Origin: Felis catus
Taxonomy: Eukaryota
DNA length: 64,000 nt
Direction of reading: 5' to 3'
Assembly (NCBI RefSeq): GCF_018350175.1
Contig: NC_058386.1
Coordinates: 3,038,001 to 3,102,000, forward strand
In this document: positions 37,749-51,298 of the stretch, piece after piece
Layout: each line of letters opens with the position of its first letter
How positions within the stretch are numbered: position 1 is the first letter of the stretch
The notes under the pieces: model-generated
The model's database searches: none
Told to the model about the DNA's origin: nothing
What the model saw: only the letters and a program-made list of their open reading frames with translations
Position numbers and translations under genes: made by a program

Positions 37749-40200
37749 TCAGATGGACATGCACTGGTCTTATAAAATGGACTTGTTTATAGTGAACTAA
37801 TTTAGACCTCCTAATGCATGGCAAATGGTGCTAGCTTCTCAGGTAAGTTAGTGTCAGGACACATTAAATAGGTCAGACAACAGGCATCTGTGTCCATTTA
37901 TGGAAAAAAAGTAAGTAATAATCTCAAAGACATAATTTATTTGGAAAACCTTATTTCCTAAAGTAGAAACATATCCAATTATCATTAGCAAATAATTTTG
38001 CATATATTTACATTAGAAGTTAGCAAATAAAATGAATTAAATATGGTTTTGCCACTTGCTTAGTAATGTACAATATATAAGCTACAAAAGTATCCTATAA
38101 AAAGTGAGTTTTAATATGAAAACTCAGGAGTTTTAACACTATTTTTTAAAGCTGGTTCAAGTTATACTTGTTTTTATAGTATCTCTCAAATCCTTCTCAG
38201 TAGGTGCGCAATGCCATTATTATAATTACATATATTGAACTCATTTTGCACAATTAGGGTATAACACTACGGGCCTGTTTGTTCATACTCAAGCATTTCT
38301 GTCATGACCCAAATGAAACTCATTACTCTTTATGCATCAACATTATTTCCTCCAGCTATAAAATAAGGGTGGTAAATGAAATGATCACCAAAGTATCTTC
38401 CATTTCCAAAATTCGTTCATATGGTAAGTCACAGATGCATTCACATGCTTTAGGGAATGGGTTTTTCCAGTATGGAGGTAGCCCGGACTTAGAGATTAAG
38501 ATGTAACACAGTGCTGATCATGTGCAAATGTGAACTGAAAGTATTCCATTATCCTAAAATCAGCAACCTTAAGAATGGGATGTAAATGCTGTGGTTAGAG
38601 AGCTGCCTCCATCCAAGAGGAACATCCGTTCAAATGATGTATGATGTCGGGTGTTTTGTTTTCCATTCCATCTCTTGTTGAGTGTCTACCCTTCCACACA
38701 AGGCAGCCCTCTTACACCACGTAAATCCCCATCGCCACCAATCCAACATGGCACCCGTCAGGTTTCTGCCAAGGAAACGCAAGGTGCTCGAGGCAGTGCA
38801 AGGAAGAAAGGTTTTCCTGTGGAGAAACAGAGCCTCGCATCACTCAGAAGGAAGAGAGAAGCTCACTCACAAGGAAGATTTTGAACATTTCAGGGGAAGC
38901 TTCTGGCGGCACCTTTTCTTCCACCATCAAAACCTCTCACTTGGAAGTCTACCTGGTGAAGGCAGTCCCTCCTATTGTCTGTGTGAGTATGGTGGAGTAC
39001 AGGGAGAGGGATGTTAAGTGGACCATAGAGAATCCAGCACCAAGACTCTGAGGCTACTGGACTAATGTTCTAGAAAAATCTGTTGATTTCCCCAAGTGTG
39101 CACCACTGGGCGTTTGAATGACCTACGGTAAGGATTTTCTACTGATTTTGGGTACTGGCGTCCTTTCGCACCAGGCAACGGAAAAGGGCTTTCACATCCT
39201 GCAGGAAGTGCGAGCAGATAAACTGAGCTGTACATCGGAAGGGAGGGGACATGCTATGAGGGCCAACCAGAAACCCACGGAGGTGGGAAAGAAGCAGTCG
39301 GTGGGCACAGGCGAAAGGGACACCACTGCCCTGCCTGCCCAACGTGACTCCTTCCCAACAATACAATCCATTTTTATTTTCCCAGCTCTGGGAGTTGCAG
39401 CCCACATCCTACACCATCCGTACTCTCTGCTCACCCAACAGCAAAGCCACAAACCCTGCACTTCACGAGCTACTGACTGGTTCTTGTTGTTGCAGATATA
39501 CAACTAGGGATTTTTAAAAGCCCAATAAACACACTATTACCTCGAAAATAATTATTAACTCTAACCATCAACTCTGTTATAGAGAAGCAAGGCTTCCAGA
39601 GAATGCTTTAACACTACAACCTCAACACATGCTTCATTGCTTTCGAAAGTTTTAAACATTTAAAGGCCACGTTTTTATATTTTACATGAAATACTACACT
39701 ATTTTCCTGGTTGAAAACTATTATACGTCCATTGTGGAAATGTGGGACAGGTGGAATAATTTAATTAGGAAGGTAAAATTTAACCCAAATCTTTATCCAG
39801 AAGCGCATTCGGTACAAGTAGTATATCTCAATGTCTGCTTTCCACATGTAACCATATGTATGGAGTATCGTACCTCATCGTTGTTCCATATGTTAACAAC
39901 AAAGCAAAATTTAAATGGCAATCTACATGGTATCATGGGTAGATTCCATAATTGACAATATTATTATATTTTAAAATCACTGTTTTCCTTTATGGTTCAT
40001 GAGTGTTCTATCTTGTTAAAGTGAGCCTTTGTTTTCATAGGACCTATGTGTAGTATTCGTAAATCCTTCAACGCATAGTAATTTTGTGCATCGTATTTGT
40101 GTTATTAACCCACCGGCATTTATTCTGACGTGTGATATATTACTTTGCTTCCATATGGAAGACCAGTGGAAGGCTAAATTCTTTTTGATATAGTGTCTAT

Positions 40201-40345
40201 CAGTGCCATCCAACAGAACCTGATTCAATGATGCAAATATCCTAGAGGTACGTCTTCCAAAATGGCAGCCCCATGGGCGTACCAGGTACTTGAAATATAC
40301 CTAATGTGACTAATTTACTGAATTTCTAAAAATGCATTTACTTTT
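40201..40345 (+). mobile_element. hAT-Charlie MITE MER3 fragment
   Basis: cagtgccatccaacagaacc...aatgatgcaaat...tacttgaaat...aatgtgactaa...actgaattt. Confidence 0.65.
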
Positions 40346-40919
40346 AATTCGTTCTCATTAGCTTCTGAACCTTTATTTGCTGCATGGTCTGCAATTGAAC
40401 AGTCAATCGGGCGATGGTCTTCCTTGCCTGTGTGCCGTGTGGCTCAGCCCATGACTAAATGTGTGACCTGCTTTAGAAATGAAATCAGTGTAAACCAATG
40501 GATTGTCGACATCAGTGATGCTGGCCCTTCCGTTGCCAAGCAAAAGCATGCGTGTGTTCAACTTCAGGTTCATTCTTATCACTGCTTGACATATTTTAGG
40601 GACTGACTCAGGGCCAATGGTTTCATGGAAAGACAGTTCTGCGAAAAAGCAGAGAGCCCTGTTTTAGGAAATAAATCATTTTCCTTCAGAGAAGAACAGC
40701 AATTGTCACCCATTTCCATTAACTTGCTCAGTTGTTCTTTCTCATCTCTCTGTAGACTCAAGCTGATTCTTAACTATGGCATGTCAACTTAAAAATGTTT
40801 TTTGGGGCAGGAGTGATTTCCTTATTCTCAATAATTTTGAAGATAAGAAACTATCGTTTCAAATGGCAATTAGTGTCTCATACCACAGAATACCATGTCT
40901 TAAAACATTATAATTCCCC

Positions 40920-41090
40920 AGGGCACCTGGGTGGCTCAGGGAGCTCAGTGTCTGACTTCAGCTCAGGTCACGATCGCATCAGGCTCTACGCTGACTGTGC
41001 GGAGTCTGCCCGGGATTGTCTCTGTCTGCCCCTCCCCGACTTGTGTACGTGCTCTCTCTTTCTCAAAATAAATAAAAAAAAATAAAAAAG
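40920..41090 (+). mobile_element. Can-SINE (internally deleted)
   Basis: head gggcacctgggtggctcag, B-box segment shortened, A tail. Confidence 0.9.
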
Positions 41091-41095
41091 AACAT

Positions 41096-41340
41096 GGGGT
41101 GCCCGGGTGGCTCACTTGGTTAGGCATCTGACTTAGGCTCATGTCATGATCTCACAGTTTGTGGCTTCAAGCCCCGCATCGGGCTCTGTGCTGACAGTTC
41201 GGAGCCTGGAGCCTGCTTCTGATTCTGTGTCTCCCTCTCTTTCTCTCTGCCTCTCCCCTGCTGACACTCTGTCTCTCTCTCTCTCAAATATAAACATTAA
41301 AATAGTAATAACAACTATAAATTTTAAAACTTTAAAAAAT
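41096..41340 (+). mobile_element. Can-SINE directly behind the previous one
   Basis: ggggtgcccgggtggctcac head, CT tract, A-rich tail. Confidence 0.93.
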
Positions 41341-42110
41341 TAGAATTTCTCTTCTCTTTTGTTTCTACATGTATTGAAAAAACTATATTAAAATGTTTTT
41401 ACAAAACTGCTTGTGTGCATATATATGTATACTATGTATGAATATAAATGTATATGTAGGTGTGTATATGTAAGCAAATATGTACTTTTTTATCCCCTGT
41501 TCATAAACATGATACTTTCCGTAAATGAATGGAAGATGCTCATATCTTTGGTTCTAAAAGGTTTCAACTCAATACGAAAACAAGTAAAATAGAAATACTA
41601 CTGATCACTTCCTAGCATGGAAATTGTGTCTTTCAGAAATGTCCCACAGATTCAACTCTTGGTGAATACAAACATGTTGAAAAACTAAAAGGGATTCCCA
41701 AGGGAAACATTCTAAGAACCTGGGCATAACCAAACCAGAAGGCGTCAGGGCGAGGACGCTCCATGGATCAGGGGGGGTGATGTGTTTGAAAATCTCAAGC
41801 TACGGCTGGCGAGCTGTCACCCAAGTGACCCACGTTGTGGAGTCTGCGATATGGTCACATAATTATAGATGACTGACATTATGAACTGAACAGACAGGCT
41901 GAGACACAGCGGAGAAGCTCCATCACATCTAATTAAGAAGCAGAACAGAATGCAGACAAGCCTTCCTGCCAGGCTCAGGAAGAAAGCTGGTTCTCCACCC
42001 GTGGGACCTGTCAACATGCCTGTCCATGATCTTGTCTATAAATGTGTCGTGGTCTTCAGCCACATTGTTTGTGGAATAGTATTAACATTTCTGAATACAA
42101 TAGCTCATTT

Positions 42111-42535
42111 AAAATCTTTGTATGTTGGGGCGCCTGGGTGGCGCAGTCGGTTAAGCGTCCGACTTCAGCCAGGTCACGATCTCGCGGTCCGGGAGTTCGA
42201 GCCCCGCGTCGGGCTCTGGGCTGATGGCTCAGAGCCTGGAGCCTGTTTCCAATTCTGTGTCTCCCTCTCTCTCTGTCCCTCCCCCATTCATGCTCTGTCT
42301 CTCTCTGTCCCAAAAAAAAAAAAAAAAATCTTTGTATGTTTATTTATTTTTGAGAGAGAGAAAGAGGGCACAAGAGGGGGGCGGGCAGAGAAAGCGAGGG
42401 AGACACAGAATCTGAATCAGGCTCCAGGCTCCTAGCTGTCAGCCCAGAGCCCGACGTGGGGCTCGAACTCACAGACCGTGAGATCATGACCTGACCCAAA
42501 GCTGGACACTCAAAACTGAGCCACCCAGGAGCCCC
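42111..42535 (-). mobile_element. Older Can-SINE whose tail is interrupted by a younger SINE
   Basis: reverse body 42341-42535; TSD tacaatagct(c/a)attt (42096-42110, 42536-42550). Confidence 0.92.
42127..42328 (+). mobile_element. Young Can-SINE (SINEC_Fc1-like), nested insertion
   Basis: CpG-intact body, pure poly-A tail, perfect 16-bp TSD aaaatctttgtatgtt (42111-42126, 42325-42340). Confidence 0.98.
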
Positions 42536-43169
42536 TACAATAGCTAATTTTAACAACAACAAAAAAATTTTTTTAAAGAAAGCACGCGTTCTTATCTGGA
42601 TCAAATCTGTTTCGGGATTGTGGGTGGGCAAAGCTATGGAACAGAATCAATCAATGGGAAAAAAAGTCCAAGAGGTCCTGACACCAATGTGTTGCAGGCA
42701 CAGAGCTGGGGACGGAGGCAGTGTGAGTGGAATCTCTCTTCAAATATGGAAAGGTCACCTGTGGGCACTGTAAAAAAAAATGATATAAATGTCTCTCTGT
42801 GAACCACACCAGCGCATTTCAGAAACAGGCAGCTTGTTGACCGTGATGAAAAATACATCACGATGCTGACTTCAATGCCAGGAGCGGAAAGACGGTGATT
42901 TTACGATTTCGGCTACCTTCTCTGTGCCCACACTTAATCACGTTCCTTCCACAGTGGTTTCGGGTTTTTTTTGTTTGTTTTTTATTTTGTTTTTGATTTT
43001 GCATCTTCTCAGGGCTGCCTCCCAATTTCCATTTACGCGGGGGAAAACAGATTCTTATTTATAGCACTGCAAAGGTATTAGTGTCAAAATGAGTGAGTTC
43101 TGGAAGGCTCAGGGCCAAGAGTCTGACAAAGTGCCTCTGCCTTCTTGTGCTCAGGAAAGCACATTTCGT

Positions 43170-43280
43170 TGGAGCAGGTGACCCGTGCAGCGCTCATCAC
43201 CGCGTGCCTCTGGCCCTCGGTGCCAGGAAGTAGCACCCCTGTGGCAACTGGCTCCCAGGCTGTTGGGAGTCCTGAGGACT
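43170..43280 (-). mobile_element. Possible MER20 fragment, highly diverged
   Basis: gcctctggccctcggtgccaggaagtagcacccctgtggcaac resembles MER20 antisense. Confidence 0.35.
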
Positions 43281-43347
43281 CTTCTTCCGAGAGGAGCACC
43301 GGGATTCCTGCACCCAATGGTGAGGAGTGGCACGGATCTGTCTACGT

Positions 43348-43435
43348 CCAGAAAGCTCCGTGCACGCAGGCCTGGGGAGATCAGCCAAGGACCAGAAAGC
43401 TCCGTGCACGCAGGCCTGGGGACATCAGCCAACGA
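43348..43435. repeat. 44-bp tandem duplication (2 copies, 2 mismatches)
   Basis: ccagaaagctccgtgcacgcaggcctgggga(g/c)atcagccaa(g/c)ga x2. Confidence 0.95.
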
Positions 43436-43864
43436 CATACGGCTGCTCTCGTCACAGCTGTCATTTCACAGGCAAAGGACTTTGCTGGGAACACAGGCAG
43501 GTTTCAGCATAGGCCACGGGTTTGCTCATGACCCTACTGTCGAGGGATGTGCCGTGCGCTTCGTGACAAAAGCATATCGGGATTAACACGGACGAAAGAC
43601 CAAAGGAACGCGGCTTCCACGGCACGCACACAGCCCTGATGGAGTCGCTGCGTGTCAACAAGGTGGGAACACACGAGACAGCTGGCACGCCCATGGTTTC
43701 CCCCAAGGCAAGCGGACAGCGGTCACTGGCCTGATTCCAAGTGCTACCAGCCCCACGGGTGTGCTGCAACCACATGTTCATTCCCAGGGAAATACACTTG
43801 TGCACGCGTCCAAATTGCTCTGTCTGAACGACGCACACTCTGAGTCAGAGAAAGGAAGCATTCT

Positions 43865-44057
43865 GGGGTGCCTGGGTGGCTCAGTCGGTCAAGCCTCTGA
43901 CTTTGGATCAGGTCATGATCTCGAGGTTGGTGAGTCTGAGCCCTGTGTCGGTCTCTGGGTGCATTCTGTGTCTCCCTGTCTCTCTGCCCCTCCCCTGCTC
44001 ACACTCTGTCTCTCTCTCTCTCAAAAATATATAAACATTAAATTTTTTTTTTTAAAA
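43865..44057 (+). mobile_element. Can-SINE
   Basis: head ggggtgcctgggtggctcagtcgg; TSD aaaggaagcattct / aaaggaagcaagcattct. Confidence 0.94.
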
Positions 44058-44369
44058 AAGGAAGCAAGCATTCTGTCAGCCTGATTTCATTGATTGGATT
44101 CAGGAAGGAGCCCTGCTAGGATATGGTTATAAAGTGCTTCCAACACACATTCATCCATGGGATGCATTTGATTCATGTTATTTGTCACATGGCCAAAAAA
44201 AAAAAAAAAAAAGCAAATTCCTATCTGCATCCCCGCTACAAAATAAACTAACAAGGATGCTTAGTTATGCCTTTTCCATGCAAAAAACATCTTCCCTAAC
44301 AGGTCCTATGCATTTTATTTTAAACCTGAATGGAGCGACGGTCTTCTCTCCAAAATACCACGGTAAAAA

Positions 44370-45390
44370 CACCCAGAGGTAAAGCAAACACTCACTTTTG
44401 TATCTCTGCATCGCTTCTCCACAGAACAGTTCACTTCTGACACTCTGTCACCAAATGTACAGGAGTTTTCTCCCCACCAACCAATTCTCTGTGACACCAG
44501 CTGAACATCCTGTATCATGACTCATTTCTGCCATGAACTGGGGCCAATATAGACCCCCAGGTGAAGGACTCAGTCCCATGAGACGGCCCCCACCTCACAC
44601 ACCAATCCCCAGTCTCAGATTTCGGTCTGGACTTCTGGACGACTGTCTATAAACTGAGGTTCCTACCACCAGTTCCCTTGGCTTTGAACATTTACTAGAA
44701 CAGCTCACAGAACTGCGAGAAACTTACATTTAGTACTTTATTATACAATAAAAGATATGATAAAGGACACAGACAAATAGGCACATAAGGGATACCAGGG
44801 ATAAGTCCGGAAAGGTCCCACACACAGAAGCTCCTGTCCCCATGAAGCCAGGGGGCACCGACCTCCTTGGAAACGGATGTGTTCACCAACCAGGAAGTTC
44901 CAAACCCCACCTCAGTGGGATTTTTATGGGCGCTTGCTCTAGCATGCATGATCAATTAAGGTTTTTACATTTTTTGGTTTTTTGTGTGTGTTTTCTAAAA
45001 GAGAGAGACAGCATGAGCAGGGGACAGAGAGAGAGAGAGAGAATCCTAAGCAGGCTCCACACTCCGTGCAGAGGCCGACATGGGGCTTGATCCCGCAACT
45101 GTGAGATCATGAGCTAACCCAAACTTAAGAGTCAGAGGCTCAAATCACTGAGCCACCCAGGTGCCCCAACACGATCAAGTATGGAGTCGATTTCTAGCCC
45201 CTCTCCCCTCCCAGGAGGATGGGGGGTGGGACTGAAAGTTTCAGGCTTCGAAACAGGACTTGGTTTTCTGGTGACCTCGTTATAACAAAAAAGGCTCCTA
45301 TGATCTAGAAGATTCCAAGGGATTTAGGAACTCTGGGTCAGGAACGAGGGGTAGAGACCAATATATCTATCTTCTATTATTTCACACCAG
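44370..45390 (-). mobile_element. ERV solo LTR (MER21-like), interrupted by a SINE
   Basis: cacttctgacac...ggactcagtcccatgagac...tagaacagctcacagaact...gattccaagggatttaggaactctg...gagaccaatatat. Confidence 0.8.
44960..45167 (-). mobile_element. Can-SINE inside the MER21-like LTR
   Basis: reverse body ending gagccacccaggtgcccc. Confidence 0.92.
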
Positions 45391-45431
45391 ATATCTAGAG
45401 TTTTCCAAACATTTTTTATACTGACTTAAGA

Positions 45432-45570
45432 NNNNNNNNNNNNNNNNNNNNNNNNNNNNNNNNNNNNNNNNNNNNNNNNNNNNNNNNNNNNNNNNNNNNN
45501 NNNNNNNNNNNNNNNNNNNNNNNNNNNNNNNNNNNNNNNNNNNNNNNNNNNNNNNNNNNNNNNNNNNNNN
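45432..45570. other. Assembly gap (N run)
   Basis: 139 N, followed by a TA-rich repeat. Confidence 0.99.
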
Positions 45571-46929
45571 ACATATACACATATACTACCAAGAATGGAA
45601 TTATATATATACATATACATATAAACACATATATATATAAATTATATACATATAATTCCATTCTTGGTTTAAGTAATAGCATTATAATAATAGCATGATA
45701 CATACACCTGGTTTTAAAGCCATCAGAAGCACATATATTCTAATTTTAAAAGCACAAAGAATGTTCCTCTCTCTGATATACTCATTGATTCATCATAGAA
45801 TCATACTTGAGGGAAGAAAGTAAGCCTTCAATACAAGTATTCCAAAGAAATTTGTCAAGTTACTACATCAGGGAAGCACTCCTCATTATCACGAGAATGG
45901 CAGCAAAATTCTTCCTCCTGCTTCATCGACTCAATGTGAAGTTGCTTAAACACTAACAACTTTATATTGTCAAACAATTATGCATAAGTGCACAAATTAA
46001 AATAAAGCCATGCCCTACGTCTTTGGGCCATAAGCAACATTAGGTGCATGATCTTCTGTGCTATATTCAAATATTGAAGTGATTAATGCTTCATCTTATT
46101 TATATGAATCCAGAACCTCCTATGCACACTTATAATCATGGGGTTTATTAGTAAGTAACACCTACATACATTACAGAATTTTTTTTTTATTTCTGTGAGA
46201 AATGAGTCAGACGTCAACTGTACTTAGGTCTGTAGAATGTAGAGGAGTCATTGTTAAAAGACAGTGAAAATACTGAATAATACTTGGGTGATACAAATCG
46301 GAGCAATGGCCAAAAAACAAAACAAAAACCAAAAACCAAAAAACAAGCCACGTACTCCCAACGTTTAGAAACCCCAGACAGAAGCATCACTTGGCATTTT
46401 TAAGAACAGCCACGATTCACACTTTCCGGCAAACCCAAGGTTAATTAAAACCCTCAGCCATCTACTACGTCGGGGATTCCCCGGTGACATTTTACAGCGA
46501 CGATTCCTCTCCCTTCACAGTTCCCACCATCTACGTGGGCGGTGACTGTGTTTGTCTGTAATCTAGCCCTGTCTTGTCCATTTTTCCAGGCACTTGGGGG
46601 TATGTGCTGAGCTGGCAATGGAGACAAGGGTACCAAATACAGACTCCAAACGCAGAGAGAGTTCACAGTGCATTAGTTAACGTAGATGAAAAAATTGGTT
46701 TGGTGATTCTCTCTGTGGCTCTTCTGAATATGCTACTTCATATCCAAATGACTTAAATGATGAATCTGGCAGCAGATGAGCATGGCCTCTCCTTGGGGAG
46801 AGGAACAAACACACCGCCATGAGTCTCCCCCATCCCCCAGCACGACGGCCTCTTAGAATCTTTCCCAAAAACACAGAAAGCAAGAATATTAATATAAACC
46901 AGAAGACAACACTGTAACACATTCTTTTT

Positions 46930-47292
46930 TGGATTGATTTATATATTCAAGTCTTTCCCCCCAGCACTTCAGAATGGAGCGGTATTCGGACATAGGGTCT
47001 TTAAAGAAGGGATTGAGGCAAAATAAAGTCAGAAGACGAGCCCTGATCCCAGAGAGCCGGCGTCCTTAGGAGAAGAGGAGATCAGGACATAGACACGCAC
47101 TGAAGGACGACCACATGAGGACACAGGGAGAACACAGCATCTACACGCCAAAGAGAGAAGTTTCAGGAAGAACCAACCTTGACCCCACCTGGATCTCAGG
47201 CTCCCAGCCTCCTTGACTGGGAGGAATAAATGTCTGTTATTTAAGTACCTGTCTGTGGTGTTGTATTATTTCACGCCTAGGAAACTAATACA
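46930..47292 (+). mobile_element. MaLR solo LTR (MLT1A-like)
   Basis: cttcagaatggagcggtattcggacatagggtctttaaag...gaggacacagggag...aataaatgtctgtt...ggaaactaataca. Confidence 0.82.
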
Positions 47293-47313
47293 CATGCTCT
47301 TTAAGAAAGTTTA

Positions 47314-47525
47314 GGGGCGCCTGGGTGGCTCAGTCGGTTGAGCGTCCAACTTCGGCTCAGGTCACAATCTCGCAGTTCGTGGGTTCGAGCCCCGTGTCGG
47401 GCTCTGTGCTGACAGCTCAGAGCCTGGAGCCTGTTTCAGATTCTGTGTCTCCATCTCTCTCTGAACCTCCCCTGTTCATGCTCTCTGTGTCTCAAAAATC
47501 AATAAAGGTTAAAAAAAATTTTTTT
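47314..47525 (+). mobile_element. Can-SINE
   Basis: full body; TSD ttaagaa(a)gttta. Confidence 0.96.
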
Positions 47526-48243
47526 AAGAAGTTTAGTAACATAACTATTCACACTCAATTCTCCTAAAGCCCCCAAGAAGGCTGAATTCACGAATACAAA
47601 AGCATTGCTCATAGGGGAATCCAAGTGAGGTTCCTGGGAGCTTCTGGTCAACCACACTGGCATTAACGAGTCGACACATAACCCTGCTTTAGGCGTTTTC
47701 TGTTTAAACACACCTTACTGAATAGATATCGCTGATGAGTCAACACTGAACTCAGAGCCAATAACACTGCAACCTGTTAGTGAAGGAAGCTTATCCAAAA
47801 CAGGTGTTTTCTGGGGACGGCACACCACAGCCTCCTAGCACCTAGGATCACTAACCAGCACTGCAGGACTACGCTTGGGGACCGCTGTAAAGAGTGAGGT
47901 GCACTCCCCGCCCCCCGCCAACAAAAAGCACCAAAATAGGAAATACATGGCACTAAACAGACCATGAAAAGGACACCTCTTTACCGCAAGAGCTGAAACA
48001 AGAAGACAGAGGGACCCTGTCCAGCCCCACTGGGTACCCCCATGACACAGGACTATGACGTCTCACTGCTCTGCGTGTGTCCAAGAATGACAGAGACACC
48101 GTGGGATCCCTTTGGGCTTACAAATACCTTTCAGCAAGTTGAGTAAATTTGCAAACGTGTGTTCTCTAAGTTCATAGGTTTGAGCATAGAACACGGCCTC
48201 AAAACCATTTTGCAGTGGAGATATAAATATATAGAGGTATTGT

Positions 48244-48460
48244 TTCTGTTATTTTTTTAATGTTTATTTATTATTGAGAGACAGAGAGAGAGACAGAGCA
48301 TGAGCATGGGAGGGGCAGAGACAAGAGAAGACACAGAATCCGAAGCAGGCTCCAGGCTCCGAGCTGTCAGCACAGAGCCCGGCAGGGCTCGGACCCACAA
48401 ACCGTGAGATGACCCGATCCGAAGTTGGACGCTTAACTGACTGAGCCACCCAGGTGACTC
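48244..48460 (-). mobile_element. Can-SINE
   Basis: reverse body ending gagccacccaggtgac. Confidence 0.94.
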
Positions 48461-49574
48461 TCTTTCTATTCATATCTTTATAATTTCACTACAAAATGGT
48501 GTCGAGGCCCAAAGATTCAAAAGTTTGATACTGACCTTTAACTATCTGCGAACGGGATAGTGCAAGCTTCAACTTTCAAACTTCTGGGTTTCTGAGTGTA
48601 CCAAAATCACCCATAACTTTCCGTTGAAATTGGGCTGCTTTTGGCATGTGCGGATCAGAGACCACACGCCTGTAAAGATATCCATTTATGTAGAGAAGAG
48701 CGTGTTCTCGCTCCAGCACAATGTCACTTTCCCAGCTCACATGTGAAAGTGGGAGGCATTTTTTTCCTCTAGGATGCATTCCTATTATCTAAATATGAAT
48801 GTGAATATTAGTAACAATGATAATATGAATATTAGTAACAATAACAAATGTGTGATCCAGAGAGTGACTATCACACCTTAAGACATAATGGTATCCCTTC
48901 CAGCAAATGGTTTCCCCCATTTTCCTTTAGAGGATAAACACATTCATTAGCTGGGCACAATACGCAGCAGGTCGCAAACAAAACTTCAAATGTAGATGAC
49001 GGGCACGTACTCCTGGATGTCTTTGGAAAGAGTGAGGCACTCATCTACGTCTGGACTATAAGATCAGCAGAACCTGTGAACAGACAGCTTGGAAATCTCA
49101 GGGTGTCGTTACATGCCCCCAGTAATAATGTGAGAGAAATGTCCTAAAATACTGCGGACCGTTGCCAGTTACACTGCATTCTGACAGATTTAGTACGTGT
49201 GGCATTAGAGGAAATAAGAAATGGAAGAAGCATTGCTTTGCCCGAAGAGTAGATCTTAAATGGCACCAACCATAATTCAAATTAGTCACATCTGCTGGAA
49301 TATGAACGATGCGTTAACCTTTCTTGAGAACGGTGTTCTCCTAAGTCACCCTCTTCCAGAAATTCAACGCAGCAATGAAACCTGAGTTCTTCCCTTGAAG
49401 AACAGAAATACCAAAAGTTAGACCCTTGGGCCGTTAGATGCCATTAACCCAACACTGCGCATTGAGGACACCGTCATAAGTGCACGGTATTAGAGTAAAT
49501 GGGAGAAACAGACCACAGGAATATATACTCCTCCCCACACCTTGGAGAGTGAACAAGGTAACCAAATTCATATT

Positions 49575-49778
49575 TTTTAATGTTTATTTAGATTTGAGAG
49601 AGAGACAGAATGTGAGCAGGGGAAGGGCAGAGAGAGAGGGAGATACAGAATCCCAAGCAGGCTCCAGGCTCCGAGCTGTCAGCACAGAGCCTGACGTGGG
49701 GCTCGAACTCACAAACTGTGAGATCATGACCTGAGCTGAACTCAGACCCTCAATCAACTGAGCCACCCAGGCGCCCCC
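49575..49778 (-). mobile_element. Can-SINE
   Basis: reverse body; TSD accaaat(t/c)catatt. Confidence 0.95.
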
Positions 49779-49847
49779 ACCAAATCCATATTAATAAGAG
49801 TATTTGCCCTTACACCCTTCCTTCTTCTCCCTATGCATTATCCTCCA

Positions 49848-50240
49848 TTTTTAATTTTTTTCATTATTTTAATTGTTTACTTTTTATTTTTGTTTTTTAA
49901 AAATGTTAAGTGTATTTATGTATTTCTTATATTAAATATAATTTATTGTCAAATTGGTTTCCGTACAACACCCACTGCTCATCCCAAAAGGTGCCCTCCT
50001 CAATGCCTATCACCCACTTTCCCCTCCCTCCCACCCCCCATCAGCCCTCAGTTTATTCTCAGTTTTTAAGAGTCTCTCATGGTTTGCCTCCGTCCCTCTC
50101 TGTAACTTTTTTCCCCCTTCCCCTGCCCCATGGCTTGTTAAGTTTCCCAGGATCCACTTATGAGTGAAAACATACAGTCTCTGTCTTTCTCTGCCTGACT
50201 TATTTCAGTTAGCATAATACCCTCCAGTTCCAGCCACAGT
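49848..50240 (-). mobile_element. 5'-truncated feline L1 (L1_Fc-like) 3' end, antisense
   Basis: T-rich tail then aatttattgtcaaattggtttccgtacaacacccactgctcatccca...cttatttcagttagcataataccctccagttcc; reverse complement resembles the 17380 copy. Confidence 0.93.
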
Positions 50241-51298
50241 GCATCCCCAAATCTATTTCACAATAATGCTATGCCTTATTTTTATTGTGCCATATAAACT
50301 AATTTGGAAATTCCATAACCCATTGCCCCAGTCACGTACCCTTACTTGCTACGGTCCAGCATTCCAACTTTTAAAATTTTTGTGCAATTTTAAATACTAA
50401 AGATACATTTAATTACTAAAAAAAATACATATTCATATATATATGAATCCATATTCATTCATATATATGAACATGAATCTATACATTCATTCATATATAT
50501 ATATATGTCTATTTTCATCGGCTTATTTGGTCTGCAAATGCTACCAGAAAAAAGGAAAGAAATGGCAAAATTCCTTTCCAAAGATTATCTCCTTTTTAAA
50601 AATACTATTTGATCTAACTAATAAAACAGCAGTTTCCTTAGTAGCCTAAGTCAGAGAGCTAAGTTTTGAAAACCAGTCAGCAGTTAGAAAAAAATCCTTT
50701 CCAAAATCTTACTATTTTATAAGTGGGCTTGTGCCCTAGTTTTTAATTGAAGTGAAGTTTTAGTGGAGGTATTTAGTATTCATTAGATTTGAGTCCTCAC
50801 TATAAATCACTGTGATAACGAGGCAGGAGGGAACAGAAATCTCCTATTATGTGCTTTTACACGACACATTGAAATTCCTTTACCTTTACATTATTTAAAA
50901 TATAGTAGCAAGAGTAATTCTGAAACACCATCCACCCATTATAGCAACTCTACCAAGTGACATTTAAATCCGTTCAGGTTGTGCTGAAAGCGGAGAAGTG
51001 GGACAATGAGTCATTGTTCCGTTTTAGAATGTTCATTAGGGGCCGCCCCGCCAGGAAGCTGAGGGCCAGGCTGATGGGAACGTGGGGAGGGAAAGTGAAG
51101 CCAATTAATTAGCAGGTTCGGTAATGACAGAATAGCACAGTGGCCGACGAGGGCTCTCTCCTGTCCTGTCTGTGGTCATAAAGATTTTTGCTGCCTCCTT
51201 GTGTCAAATTTGAATTGGACATATCATGGAAAGCTGTAAGAGAACATTTTTAAAAAAGAACGTTTTTTTTTGAATGAGCGAAGGCGTCAGATGGGTAA

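Noticed and set aside
38898-38986. Exon-like unit encoding EASGGTFSSTIKTSHLEVYLVKAVPPIVC
   Set aside because: Weak acceptor, no partner exon, no recognised homology.
43348-43435. Repeat pair considered as CRISPR-like
   Set aside because: Two adjacent units with no spacer, in a mammalian genome; ordinary tandem duplication.
43477-43512. KDFAGNTGRFQH resembling steroid sulfatase SKDFAGKSQH
   Set aside because: Five-residue coincidence; the flanking residues do not match any sulfatase exon.
10993-45703. ORFs containing X runs
   Set aside because: Artefacts of the three N gaps.
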